Shown: in pieces, positions 1 through 11,755 of the stretch | Layout: every line of letters starts with the position of its first letter | Numbering within the stretch: position 1 is the first letter of the stretch | From: Octopus sinensis | Lineage: Eukaryota | Assembly: GCF_006345805.1 (NCBI RefSeq) | Contig: NC_043007.1 | Coordinates: forward strand, 53,754,001 to 53,818,000 | Length of the DNA: 64,000 nt | Reading direction: 5' to 3' | Position numbers and translations under genes: made by a program | Notes under the pieces: model-generated | What the model saw: the letters and a program-made list of their open reading frames with translations, nothing else | Told to the model about the DNA's origin: nothing | Database searches by the model: none

Positions 1-1600
1 GATAAAAATGCACTTAATCTTGAGAAAACTGGTGGCAACAGAACATGAACAATACAATAATTATGTACTCCCAAGAAAACCTTTGGTCATAAACTTTAAT
101 GCTTATATTGTGTAAAATTTTCAGTGAAAAGAGCTCATTATTCAACACATGGAAGTGTCTGAACAAAGAGAAAAACGATGAGGATTACATCACATATGCT
201 GGTAGAGTAAACAGGGAATGTGAGAAGTTTAAGCTGTGTAAATTAATGTCAGACGTGTTCAAATGTCTGATTTTTACACAGGGACTTACTACTGAAAAGG
301 ATGCAGAAGTTAGAACTAGAATACTCGCAAAGCTGAAACAAAACCAGGATCCAACCTATTGTAACCTATTGTTACTCATCACCAATTACTGTAGTATCAC
401 CACTATTTATGATGATACTTGTTTACACCATAACCGTGTAATAACAATAAACATATAACGAAGCAGGGTAACAATGTAACAATCCAACAAACTCTCCACG
501 AACCAACAAATGAAATTCCGACAAACTACCAAAATGATACCTTAAGTTTGGTCAAATCTATTCTTGCAGAGGGTGTCATGATTCTCACCACAACATAACC
601 CTACAGCAAGTGTCAGAGGAATGTGAAAGAATGGTGAAATTAAGACATGACAGAAGAATTCAAACAGAAAGATTGTTTCCAAGTAAAACAAATGCAAAAT
701 AGTCAGAATAGAGATAAAGTGTTTTCTAAAAAACATTACAAAAATCAGGAAACCCATGTTTTGCATGTGGAGGTATACACTGGAGGAAAAATTGTCCATT
801 TACGAAAGCGGAGTGTTTTCGTTGTGGTAATATCAACATATAAAGATGCCCTGTAGAGCAATGACAAAACATCAGAACAAAGGAAAAAGAATAAATAGCA
901 TGACATTAGAAGAAATTGGTAATATAATGATGAAAAAATTCATGAAGGTGAAAATCAGAAATACAAATGTTAGAATGCAATTAGACACTGGTTGTGATAT
1001 CATCATTATAAACAAAAAAACATGGAAATATGTCAGTAAGCCGAAATTAATTAAATCTAAAAAAGTAGCACATGGTGTTACAGGAAAAAGATTATTTTTT
1101 TCAGTGAATTTGCATGTAATGTAACATTTCGAGGTCAAATGAAAAAGGCAAGGATATATGTATTAAAAGATTCACTTAATCTATTTGACAGAGAGTGGAT
1201 GGAACTATTCAAAGTATGAAATATACCCATAAGTGTTTTGTGTGGAAATATAGTTGGTTCAGTCAATGGTTTGAATGTGGCTGAGGGAATGAAAGAAAAA
1301 AATTGCAGTAAAACAGTGTGGAACAACTGTATGTAAGTCAAAATAAAATGAATAATTGTCCATGATAAAAAGTAAACATTGTTCAAAAGTAGATGTTCTG
1401 TGGTCGAAATTACACATCAATCTTGCTGATCCTTTAAACAGTTCTTAATGGTAATTGATAGTTTTTTTTTAAATGGCCTGGAAAAAAACAACCTCTTCAA
1501 CAGTGATAAATTTTTCACATGAATTGTTTTGGCATCTCAGAAAAGATAGTGTATGACAATGGAACACAATTTGTGTCTTTTGAAATTAAAAAAAGGGCAT
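1..1600 (+). mobile_element. Degenerate Gypsy LTR retrotransposon remnant (gag with double CCHC knuckle, aspartic protease, then a deletion to an integrase fragment); Mag/K02A2.6-like
   Basis: Hand translation near 748-850 gives GNPCFACGGIHWRKNCPFTKAECFRCG. ORF 846-1124 has VRMQLDTGCDIIII (protease DTG). 1390-1580 resembles the integrase core (..DNGTQF..). Many stops and frameshifts. Confidence 0.85.
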
Positions 1601-1619
1601 CCTACCATAGAAACCATGC

Positions 1620-1730
1620 TTAAACAGACATAGAGCCCAGACAGCTCTTCAGCTGGCCAACTCCTGTCAAACCATTCAACCCATGCCAGCATGGAAAACA
1701 GATGTTAAATGATGATGATGATGATGATGA
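1620..1730 (+). repeat. Isolated 3' end of the RTE LINE/SINE-like family, ending in (ATG)n
   Basis: aacccatgccagcatggaaaacagatgttaaatgatgatgat matches the 3' termini of the longer RTE copies in this window. Confidence 0.75.
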
Positions 1731-2983
1731 TATACACATACACATATGTCCGTACTTACATGCATACATATATATATTCAATTACGAATTATGCATATAC
1801 ACACACACATATATATATATATATACACATATATACATATATATACCCATACGCATATCATACACAAACATATATACACATACACACATCATCATTGTTT
1901 AACATCCATCTTCCATGCTGGTATAGGTTGAATGGTTTGACAGGATAGGCATAAGTATAGGCATATACGCTCATATAAATTTTGTTTTAATTATTAGTAT
2001 AGTATTTACTTGATTTTTCTTAATTGTGGAATTTGAAGGTTTTAGATTTTCTAATGTAAACAGTTTTTTCTTTTCTATTATTAAGAAGGCATCTACATTA
2101 GGAACACCTAATTCAGGACTCCAAACAACCAGAATAGTGAAGCATGCATAAGAGTAATAATAGGGGTGGCAAAACTTGTGTAACATAAGAACAACATCCG
2201 ATAAAGTTCAGATGCTTGAGAGTCACAAGACATGAATTAAATGTACACTCTGTTTACATTTGTCTGTTTGTGTTCTAAGACTTAGATTGATAAAATAAGT
2301 ACCAAATTTGACAAAATAAGTACTTAGGTTGATGTGATTGATTAAATACATGCAAGTGCCCCAGCACTAATGACCGAAACCAATAAAATAAAGAGATGCA
2401 GTTCAGGTGAAAGCACAGCTTTTAACCTCTTGTAATTCTTTGCTTTTCTTGGATTTTTCACAATTTTTTTTATTTTGTGTTCAACTAACTGTATTGTACA
2501 ACTAACTGTATTGTACAATTTTACAAAAAAAACAACAAATTGTTTTAAATTCCCCTTCCAATTATTAAAGTTAGAGATTTTTATATCTTTTCAAAATTTT
2601 CATTTTTAAATGTGGACATATGCCATTTGTTTCTTCTCATAATTTCAAATTAAGTTTTGAAATCAAAATTTTAGAATTGAAATAAAACTTCACACACACC
2701 GACATACACACAAATATACATGTGTAAATTGAAAAGTCTTTTGGCTGTGTACAAGTATGAACTTTTATTTAAATTTTAAAATTTTGATTTCAAAAGTTAA
2801 TTTAAAATTATGAGAAGAAACAAAATTAATGTCTGCATTTAAAAGTGTAAATAAAAAAAAAATTACTATAAAAAAATCTCGGAGTGGATTTTAAAAAATT
2901 AAAATTAAATTTTGTAACCATGTATGAGATAAAGCTAGTAGAACTCAAAGCCAAACAAAAAAATTTCAAAAAGCAAAGGATAA

Positions 2984-3530
2984 TTACAGGGTATTAAAGG
3001 TGTGCTTCCATCTGAACAGCACCAATAACAGAATATGTTTTGTTATGTACACATTTTGTATTTTAATTATGTGCACATTTTGTATGTATGTAATAACATT
3101 TATTCATGAATGCAGAATTTAAAAATTAAAAATTTATTATGTTGTTTCTGGGGAGAGTCATTTTCTTTTTGTGCCTTATAATTTAACACACTCACCAGTA
3201 AAATCTCCACTTATTTCTTATTTTTATTTTCCCAAAATTTTTGTTGCGTCTTGCAACCTTTTCAATAGTCTTGACTCTGTCCGTTATTTACACGGCAGTG
3301 TAAATAACGGACAGAGTCAAGACTATTGAAAAGGTTACAAGACGCAAGTGGAGATTTTACCGGTGACTGTGTTAAATTATAAGGCACAAAAACAAAATGA
3401 CTCTCCTCAGACACAACAGAATATGCTTCAGCACACGAACTCACATAAAGAATCTTGCAAACCAAATCCAAAAATGAAATGAATTTTATTAGTTTCAGTT
3501 TATACACCAAAAGTTTTAATCCACACATTT
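2984..3530. mobile_element. MITE-like foldback element with a central near-perfect palindrome
   Basis: About 50-bp arms (3245-3294 and 3299-3348, one mismatch) around a 4-nt loop GGCA, plus outer inverted repeats at about 3140-3212 and 3347-3420. Confidence 0.6.
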
Positions 3531-3729
3531 TTATAAAGCGTTTCTATATTAAATTGGAAATTTAAGAAGAATATGTGGATTTGCATTTCAGTAGCATATA
3601 ATTAGGCTACAAAAAAAAAAAAATTGAAAAGGTAAAATATGTGTATGTATACATATGATCAAAATATGGAGAAAAATATATAAAAAGCAAACCTATAAAA
3701 TTAGCGATATTTAAATCTTACTAAATCAG

Positions 3730-4990
3730 ACTTATTAAATTTTTTGTGACAAACAGACAATGCAACACCCACCAGTCTATGAAAGCTATTTACTACTAGA
3801 TGTCATGTGGATTTCCATCTAGTTGGTACATAGTCAGTGCTGTATGTTCTGTCAGGTGAAATTTGGCAAGGTTTGCATGATGTTTTGATTTCTTTAAAGT
3901 GATTCACAGCAATATGTTGTGCTGAAAATTGAGATGAGTTGCACACTAGTTTTCTTCAGTTCCCACTTCTGGAACTTTTTTCTCAAGCCCAATTATAGAC
4001 TGGGATTTATGAATCATCTTTAACCCCAGATTCTTCTATAATTCCATTAGTTCTATTTCCACAGCAGATGATTCCATGGCTTAAGACTTGAGAATTGGAC
4101 ATTGACTACATGAACCTTGAATAGGATTAGCAGAAAGATAAGATGGGTTTCATCTTCTGTCAAACCTAGGAAATCATCAAGCAGTCCTTGTAATTTATGT
4201 TTGTATTCTTCCAGTTTGTGGCCTTTTATTTCAGTATCTGAGATTGGGAAAGTGACCGGAATTTCTCTACAATATGTGTCACTGAAAATTTCTTATTTTA
4301 CTCTGAGAGCTGAAAATTATCTGAGCAAGATAAAAAAAAATGTCCTTGCTCTGGAGTGCCAAGTTGAGAATTTGTAGATGATTATCAGTAATGAACATCA
4401 GATCTTGCATCCACTCATCATTTTCCAGTTGAAGGCAGAATCTTTTTTTATCTTCTTTGAGAAAAGTATTAATAGGCTCCACAAAATCTATAAACCTACT
4501 CTAGAAGCTACTTGTTGATAGCCACTTCACAATGAAGTATAAATACATATCACTGGGTCTATCTTCAAGCTCCATTTCTTCAATAAAATTTCTGAACTGT
4601 TGGTGGATTTCCCCATTTAAATTCACAATTTCAAGTACAGATTTCATTAGATTTTGATACTTGAAGTATCTGGCTATGAGGTATTCACAGTCAATAATAC
4701 AACAAACAGGGAGAAACTCTGGAAAGCTGACACCACTTTTCATAAGTGCAATTAATCCAGTATTTTTCCTGATCACTGTAAGAGCACCATCTGTTGCAAC
4801 AGTGACAAGTTTATTTAGTGGAACACCAGCATTTGTTAAAATCCTATCAAGTGTATTTTTTATGTCAATACCACAAGCTGTTTCTTTTAATTCCACTAAA
4901 TCCATAATTCTTCTTCTTTCCCAGTTAACTCAGAAGAAACATAATAAACAGATACTGTTGGTTGTCTTGTATGTCAACTGATTCATCAAT
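3730..4990 (-). mobile_element. hAT (Charlie/SPIN, GTF2IRD2-like) transposase remnant
   Basis: ORF 4501-4905 contains LVTVATDGALTV..GLIALMK..PEFLPVCCII; ORF 4279-4482 contains EWMQDLMFITD..LNLALQ. Confidence 0.85.
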
Positions 4991-5212
4991 CACTAAATTG
5001 AAGGCAAGGGTATTTTTAAAATCATTTTGCATTTTGCATGCAACAACAGCACTGATCTGAGAGATATGCCTGTCGGTCTCCTTTGCCAAACTGCTACATT
5101 ACAGAGACGTAAACACATCAACACTGGTGGTGGAGGAGGGGAAAAAACACAGACATAAAGACACACACACACACACACGTACATACACACACGTACACAC
5201 ACAATAGGCTTC

Positions 5213-5360
5213 TTTCAGTTTCTGTCTACCAAATCCACTCACAAGGCTTTGGTCAGCCCCAAGACTGCAAATAGAAGATGCCTGCCCAAGATGCCACACA
5301 GTGGAACTGAACTCAGAACCAAGTGGTTGGGAAGAAAGCTTCTTACCACACAGCCATGTC
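5213..5360 (-). mobile_element. tRNA-derived SINE, 5' part. Other copies or fragments at about 17010-17110(-), 16390-16600(+), 24880-25130(+), 25650-25760(-), 53460-53600(-)
   Basis: Reverse complement reads catggctgtgtggtaagaag...ggttctgagttcagttccactgtgtggcatcttgggcagg, with Pol III A/B-box-like motifs; repeated elsewhere in the window. Confidence 0.75.
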
Positions 5361-5370
5361 AAAATATAAA

Positions 5371-5592
5371 CCCTTTCGATACCAACCCGGCTGAAACTAC
5401 CTCTAGCTCTGTAGTACAAATGTCTTATTTTCATAAGTTTTGAATTAAAATCTTCCACCTAACCTTAGTCACAATTTATGTTTCTAACACTAGCTTAATG
5501 ATAACTAAGTTATTTTACTAAATTCTTTGTTATATTTAAAATTAATTGAAAGAAACACAGAGCATCTCAAAATAAAAACGGTCATGAAAGGG
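5371..5592. mobile_element. piggyBac-like MITE
   Basis: Termini CCCTTTC...GAAAGGG; TTAA follows on the right and degenerate TAAA precedes on the left. Confidence 0.5.
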
Positions 5593-5689
5593 TTAACATA
5601 TATGGCTGTGGGAAGCAAAATTTTTTCACCATTGTATATCCAAGGGACTCACCAACTTTCTTTCGAAGAACAGTTAATTGGTATGTTTG

Positions 5690-7560
5690 TACAGAAGGAA
5701 GGCATACCATGAATCCCTGGTTGCCTTGAACGTACAGGTATAGGGTCCCAACTCATCAAAGAGGCATAACAGGAAAGAGGGGTCCTAGCTGTGCTATGGT
5801 TGGACCTGGGCAATGCCTACAACATGATACCACACAAGCTTATGGAAGTTGCATTAGAGAGACACCATGTATCTCAGAAGCTAAAATACTTCATGGGCTA
5901 CTTCAGCAAGTTGAGACTGGCACAACTAGAAGCAGGGATAATTACAGGGTTAACTATCTCAGTATCACTCTTTGCATTAGCAATGGACATGTTGTTCAAG
6001 TCAGAAGAGAAAGAGTGCCTGGATCGTCTCAGCAAGAGAGGAGTAAGGCAACCACCTATCAGAGATTTATGAATGACCCCACAGTAACAAAAACAGAGCA
6101 GGAAGATAAGTGGAACTTGTGACATGAACATGAATGAGTTTCAAACCTGCAAAGTCCTAGTGGATGGTTTTGAAGAAAAGGAAAAGTCACCAACAAGTTC
6201 TGCTTCAAAATAGTGAGAAGTCTTGAGATGGTTTCTAACTACAGTCTAAAGGACACCAAATCCATCAAAGTTACCAGAGCAGTCCCAGGAAGCTATCTGG
6301 GAGCCATAGACAAGTCTGGATTACCAAGAAGTTTCAAACCTTACATTTATCAGCATGGGATTCACTAGCCCCTACTCATCTATGAAGTCCCCATGTCAGT
6401 AGCAGAGGGCTTGCAGCATGTGGGGAGTGGACACCTTCACAGATGATTGGGTTTGGCATGCAGTTTGAGCAGTATTGCACTGTATGAAAGCAGCAATAGG
6501 TTCAGTCTCCCATTCAGTTCCATAAGGGAGGAATTCACAGTGTCTCAGGTATGAGAACACTTCTAGTACAATTCCAGGGCCACCAAAGTGTCTGGTGCAA
6601 GAATTTCAGTTAGAACTGAGTGGAAGTGGAGGAAACTAAGGCAGTACAACTGGTAGTGGAGTGGTTGAAATGCAAAGTCCTCCATGTGAGTGTGGCACAG
6701 CTAGCAGAAAGGAAAAGTGGGAGCTGGTGCAACTATCAACAGAGGAAGAGTTAGGTGTGTAGTAGCAATGTGGAAATAGGGTGTTTAGATGAAGAGGGGG
6801 CAAGCAAAAGAGTGGAATGCAGAGGGGTGTCCATGATACTCTCCTTTGCCCTGCTAACCTGGATTTTAAAAAAATATCTGCATGTTCTCTGTGTCCCTGT
6901 CTAGGGTGTTTTCCTACATGTCCCCTGGAGAATATCCTAAGTAGTTTCTCCATGGAACTGAGGGAAGTATGCAACTGCTAGAGACATGATCAGGTCCTCA
7001 AGATCACTACTAAGGAAATCAACAACAACAAAAATGCCAGAAATACAACCAGAAGTGTAGCCATTGTCAAAGAGGGAAAGAAACCAATGAAGAGATCTAA
7101 GAACATCTTTGAGGGATTATTTTCCACCACATGGGACTGGGTGATGGAAGTTCATCTAGAAGAAACAGCTAAAGTGTCCCGCACATATCACACAGTCCTT
7201 GTTGAGACCAGATGTCATCTTGGTTTCCAAAACAACAAGTAGTTAGTCCTATTGGAGTTACTTGTGCCCTGGGATGAGAGGATGGAGGAGGCTCAAGAGA
7301 GGAAGAAAATCAAGAACCAGGAGTTAGTAGAGGATTCTGCAAGAATAAGAGGAGAAAGTGTTTTCCAAAGGAGGTTGCTCTGAATAAGACCTGTGGAACA
7401 CTGGGTATTACAGAAGCTTTCAGAAAGAGAGCCATCAAGAACAATGAAGAGGCTGCTAAGAAAGTGTCTAGATGCCTCTGGCTGAAGAAGTGATCAGTGG
7501 GCTTAGTAGAATGCTGTTCGAACATAGGCCAATGTTTGATCAACCTAGGTTACCTGGATC
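5690..7560 (+). mobile_element. Hero/NeSL-like non-LTR retrotransposon (RT plus restriction-like endonuclease), degenerate
   Basis: LWLDLGNAYNMIPH, GIITGLTISVSLFALAM, RQPPIR; VLLELLVPWDERMEEAQERK near 7246-7310. Confidence 0.8.
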
Positions 7561-7907
7561 AGAATGCATGCTGTAAAATTCAAAATTTCCAGTGACTCTT
7601 TGATACAATACTGTTGATGTGTCCAAGCATTGCATCTGTAGATATATGTTGAACCAGACATAATAGACAAAATAATTTCATTTATCTTCCAAGTTACTGT
7701 ATCAGGCCAAATCCCACAATTATATTACATAAAAATTTAATTTTATTTATTTAACACTAAATAGCAGCAAGTAATATAAACAAATTATTTAAAATGCAAA
7801 TTTTCAACACCTTTTTTATTAATTATTTCTAAATTATGGTAAATTTAGCACAAAAGAAAATTACTTTGTGGCATCTCATTCCCTTGGTGCTGTAAGCATA
7901 TGTTTAA

Positions 7908-7913
7908 TTTATT
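7908..7913 (-). promoter_or_regulatory. Candidate polyadenylation signal of the globin mRNA (another AATAAA at 7815-7820)
   Basis: AATAAA on the minus strand about 125 nt after the stop codon. The AT-rich context makes this weak. Confidence 0.3.
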
Positions 7914-8037
7914 TAATGGTTAACTTGAGCTTGGTGAGACGGAGAAAATGTAAAACTGTTTACAAACTAAGCTGTGTTAATTAATAAATAAATGTCTGAT
8001 AAATAAATATTGTACTTTGAGTAAGTTTGCACTGAGT

Positions 8038-8181
8038 TTATTGACTTGAAGAGTTCTTCATTCCATTTTTCATCTGGCTGCATATGTACTGGTAGGTAAG
8101 GCGCCATGCTTCTGCCATATCTTTGTTATAGCGGTCCTTCAAAACTTCTTTGAAGCTCCGGTTTAATGATGGCCACAATCT
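8038..8181 (-). CDS. Globin (neuroglobin-like), last coding exon: G7 to H helix and stop
   Basis: Acceptor ttttccag then RLWPSLNRSFKEVLKDRYNKDMAEAWRLTYQYICSQMKNGMKNSSSQ*. Phase 0, in frame with exon 17912-18149. EAW..Y H-helix motif. Confidence 0.92.
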   Translation of the reverse strand, partial: RLWPSLNRSFKEVLKDRYNKDMAEAWRLTYQYICSQMKNGMKNSSSQ

Positions 8182-8649
8182 CTGGAAAACGGAAAGCAAA
8201 AAATAAAATGTACTCAAAATAATTTTATCACTGGACAATGATAAATACTGTGGAATAAGCTCTCACTATACTGGATTTTAGAATTAGGGATTGGATGAAT
8301 CAATAAAAATTTTCTTACTTTACATTGGTCACTAAAGTTCAGAATAATATCATGTAATTCTTAAATGGCTAAGACATTGCTGAAGAATTTTCTTGAAAGT
8401 TTCAAAGGGAGATTCATTGAAATAGGTAGCTTGTCAAATACTCTGGGTATGTACAAAAATCTCAGAACACAACACTGGAAGTTAGTAAAATGACTGAATG
8501 TGTGTGTATATGTGTGAACTAAATCAATAGAGGTTAAGATTTAATAGTCTTAATTGTTGGAATCACATATTTGAGGCATTGGATGGGAATAAAAATAAGG
8601 AAACTCATCATCATGTGGTTATGTCATTGTCTATTTAGTTGTATTGATA

Positions 8650-8950
8650 AGATTATCAAGATCCAACATTTCTGGCAAAACTCAGAAAAAATGACATAGC
8701 TATTATATCTCTAATATGGATATACTTACTTAAAATTTCTGGACTAAATGAAATATGAATACAAACTATAATACTGAATACTATTGACCTTTCCTCCTCT
8801 TTGAACTCCTGATAGAGTTCACTTATCTGCTCTCCTATGCTACATGCTGTCTCCCCAATGTATGCTGTCTTGTTTCTGCACCATCCCTCAGTACAGTGTA
8901 TTCTGAACATTGGCGAGAGCTCAAAGAAGAGGAAAGCTCATCAGATCTCT
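8650..8950 (-). mobile_element. Penelope-like GIY-YIG endonuclease remnant with a decayed hammerhead-like motif upstream
   Basis: ORF 8656-8910 reads FRIHC..C...YIGETACSIGEQISE. Minus strand has CTGATGAGCT...AGCTCTCG at about 8910-8945, but no GAAA. Confidence 0.55.
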
Positions 8951-9625
8951 GCCAACATGCCCAATTAGAACACAGAGGCTCAGTTAATAACAAAAGTTAA
9001 GGTACAATCAACACATAGAACAGGCATAATACTTAGATTACAGAGGTTACATACATAGTAATAGACAGACCAAGCTTCAATAGAAAAAATGAATGGAACA
9101 TTAACACTCCACCACTGCTACACAACACAACTACTAAAGACAATGGAAGGAAAAAAAGGATACAAATACAAACCCATATACACACACACAAAAGACGCAC
9201 ATACACACACCTAAGATGAAATGGAAAAAAAACCCCAGAGATATGTAAATAAATGAGAAGAAAACTAAATAAAGAGCATAGATACAAACAGTATAGTTAG
9301 CAAACCCATATACACACAAAACACATAGACATATGAGTGCGCACGTACGCATACACACACATATAAGGATACACACCATAGAAAGACAGAACAGGAGGAG
9401 ATATGGGATAGAGAGTCGCTGAAGAGGTCAAAAGACAGAATAAGGATGAATAAATTCAAAGAGAAGAATGAATATATAGTATGTGTGTTTATTTATAGAA
9501 AAAATAATAAAATGACTATTCCAAAATATAACAATATCTGTTTCAAGACAGAATTTCACATCAGGAATCTTGCAAAACAAATACATAAACGCGTATGTAT
9601 GTAGGTATATATATATATATATATA

Positions 9626-10173
9626 AGGTATACTAGCCATCTCAATATGGCAAACCACTAAGGGTGGGTGTTACTGTAGCTTGTAGCCCCAGGAGATCAT
9701 CATCTCCAGCTGGCTTTAGGCACACTTTCTGTGCCCTTATGGTATTTGCAAAGGTTAGTATTTGAGATGGCTAGCATACCTTACATTGTCGTGCAGTTAC
9801 TGTTTACATCCCGTTCAGAGATTTATTATTGCTTGCAGACAGTTTTTCGAAATCAGTGACGAAAAGTTACTGGAAAAACCATAAATAAGGATTTGCAAAC
9901 GGTCTCCCTTCATCGAAAACCGGTGATTGCCGTACGCTGAAGACAGGCAAATACCTAGAACTGCAGTCCGTGCGTATCACTTAGGGTGACGAGAGAGGGA
10001 TGACCTCCCTTTGCAAATACCATAAGGGCCTAAAGCCAGCTGGAGATGATGATCTCCTGGGGCTACAAGCTACAGTAACACCCACCCTTAGTGGTTAGCC
10101 ATATTGAGATGGCTAGTATACCTTACATTGCCGTGCAGTTACTGTTTACATCTCGTTCAGAGATTTATTATTG
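9626..10173. mobile_element. Inverted-repeat element flanked by (TA)n; same family as 34455-35100
   Basis: Arms 9626-9754 and 10006-10122. The 3' tail 10100-10173 is also copied at 9757-9833. Shares ctaagggtgg.tg.tactgtag.ttgtagccccagga with 34455-35056. Confidence 0.8.
9933..9972 (+). ncRNA. Type I hammerhead ribozyme homolog, probably inactive (GAAC instead of GAAAC)
   Basis: TACG CTGAAGA C AGG CAAATA CCT A GAAC TGCA GTC CGTG. Confidence 0.65.
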
Positions 10174-10193
10174 CTATATATATATACATATAT

Positions 10194-10432
10194 AATTAAT
10201 TTGCGAAGGTGTCATTAATTCTATTTCTATCCAATGTAACTATTTTAAAAATGATAATAACAGAGTCAATGACACAGGCGATAGCAGGCCAAAAATAGCC
10301 GAGGGATTAAAATTAATCAAAGGACATACTACGTATGTCTACCTGTGTGTTTTGTCATTGATTCTGTTATTATCATTTTTTAAAAAGTTACATTGGATAG
10401 TAATAGAATTAATGACACCTTCGCAAATTAAT
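10194..10432. repeat. Inverted repeat with about 85-bp arms
   Basis: aattaatttgcgaaggtgtcattaattctat... versus ...atagaattaatgacaccttcgcaaattaatt. Confidence 0.8.
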
Positions 10433-10783
10433 TTTTGGTGAATCATTTATCTCGTAAATTGTATCGAGATTATTTTACACTGATGCCTGCTGTGATTTCG
10501 GCGCGAAACGAATCAGTTGCAGCACAGACTTCAAAACGATGTGTTGGGAATCTCTAATCATGGTAACACGTGCTGAAGAAGCTAAGGCTTATTTTGCCAG
10601 TGCAGAAACCGGTCCACATGAGTCCAGATACTTAAATGTATGTTAGTAGATTGTCTTAACCTGATTTTGCCTTCGTTTGATTTCTGTAGTTTTCATCATT
10701 GTATTTTTGGCGATTTAATAAAAGTTTTGACTGTTATTTCAAGCAGGTAAACATACTTAGTATGTCCTTTGATTAATTTTACA

Positions 10784-10829
<46 letters not shown>

Positions 10830-10838
<9 letters not shown>

Positions 10839-11755
10839 TAAATATATGCATATATACATGCATATATGTACATACCTACATATATATGTATATATACATG
10901 CATATATGGGTACAGGACATCAAAAAAATGTTGAACACAATGAGAAACGAAAACATAACAACAAAAACATAGAAACGAACTTTTTTCGAATAACGAGAAA
11001 AACAAACAGAGAAACGAGACATACAACAAAAAAAAATATTCCCCTTCTTCAGTTGTCCCTGTTTCATTACTCTGCATTTTGAAGGCAAGGACAAGATGGG
11101 ACTTCGTTGAAACAGTCCTTCCCGCAAAGCAAATTAAATATAATTTGGGACTTTTTGCAGAGGGTGAAAGTGGTAACAAGAACAGGACAGTGAGAACAAA
11201 ACAGTAAAAACAAAGGTGAGGGCTGTTAAGCCAAGATGATAGAATTATTATGAACGCTAGGAAGACGAGCTTATGAAGAAGACAGTATAAGAACGTTTTG
11301 TCTTTAAGAAGGTAGTGGTCAGAAAGATAGAAGCTCTTTCATCAAGTGTCAGCGACGAGAGAGTTGAGGAGGAGGAGTGAGAGAGAGAGGGAATGGTGAG
11401 GAGGAGAGGAGAAAAATAGGGAAGGGTGGGAGAGAAAACCAGAAAGGATGAAGAACAAGAGAGGGAGAGAGATGGACAGGGAAGAGATAGTAAAGATAGA
11501 AGAGTACGCATCATAATTATTAAGATAAAACTTACTTGGAAAAGGATGCGTGGCGTTCGCTCATATAATAATATAAATAATATATAAATATATGCATATA
11601 TACATACATATATGTACATACCTACATATATAATTATATACACATGCATATATGGGTGCAGGACATCAAAAAAACGTTGAACACAATGAGAAACGAAAAC
11701 ATAAAAACAAAAACATAGAAACAAACTTTTTTGAACAACGAAAAAAACAACAAAA
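10830..11755. mobile_element. Non-coding element with about 180-bp direct terminal repeats (pseudo-LTR-like, probably Penelope-derived)
   Basis: 10835-11005 is repeated at 11585-11755 (...acaggacatcaaaaaaa.gttgaacacaatgagaaacgaaaacata...). Confidence 0.5.

Noticed and set aside
8373-8408. CTGAAGA ... GAAAG motif
   Set aside because: No credible stem II and only a 3-bp stem I; likely chance
11040-11130. CTGAAGA and GAAAC motifs suggesting a hammerhead
   Set aside because: Order and pairing do not give consistent stems I-III on either strand
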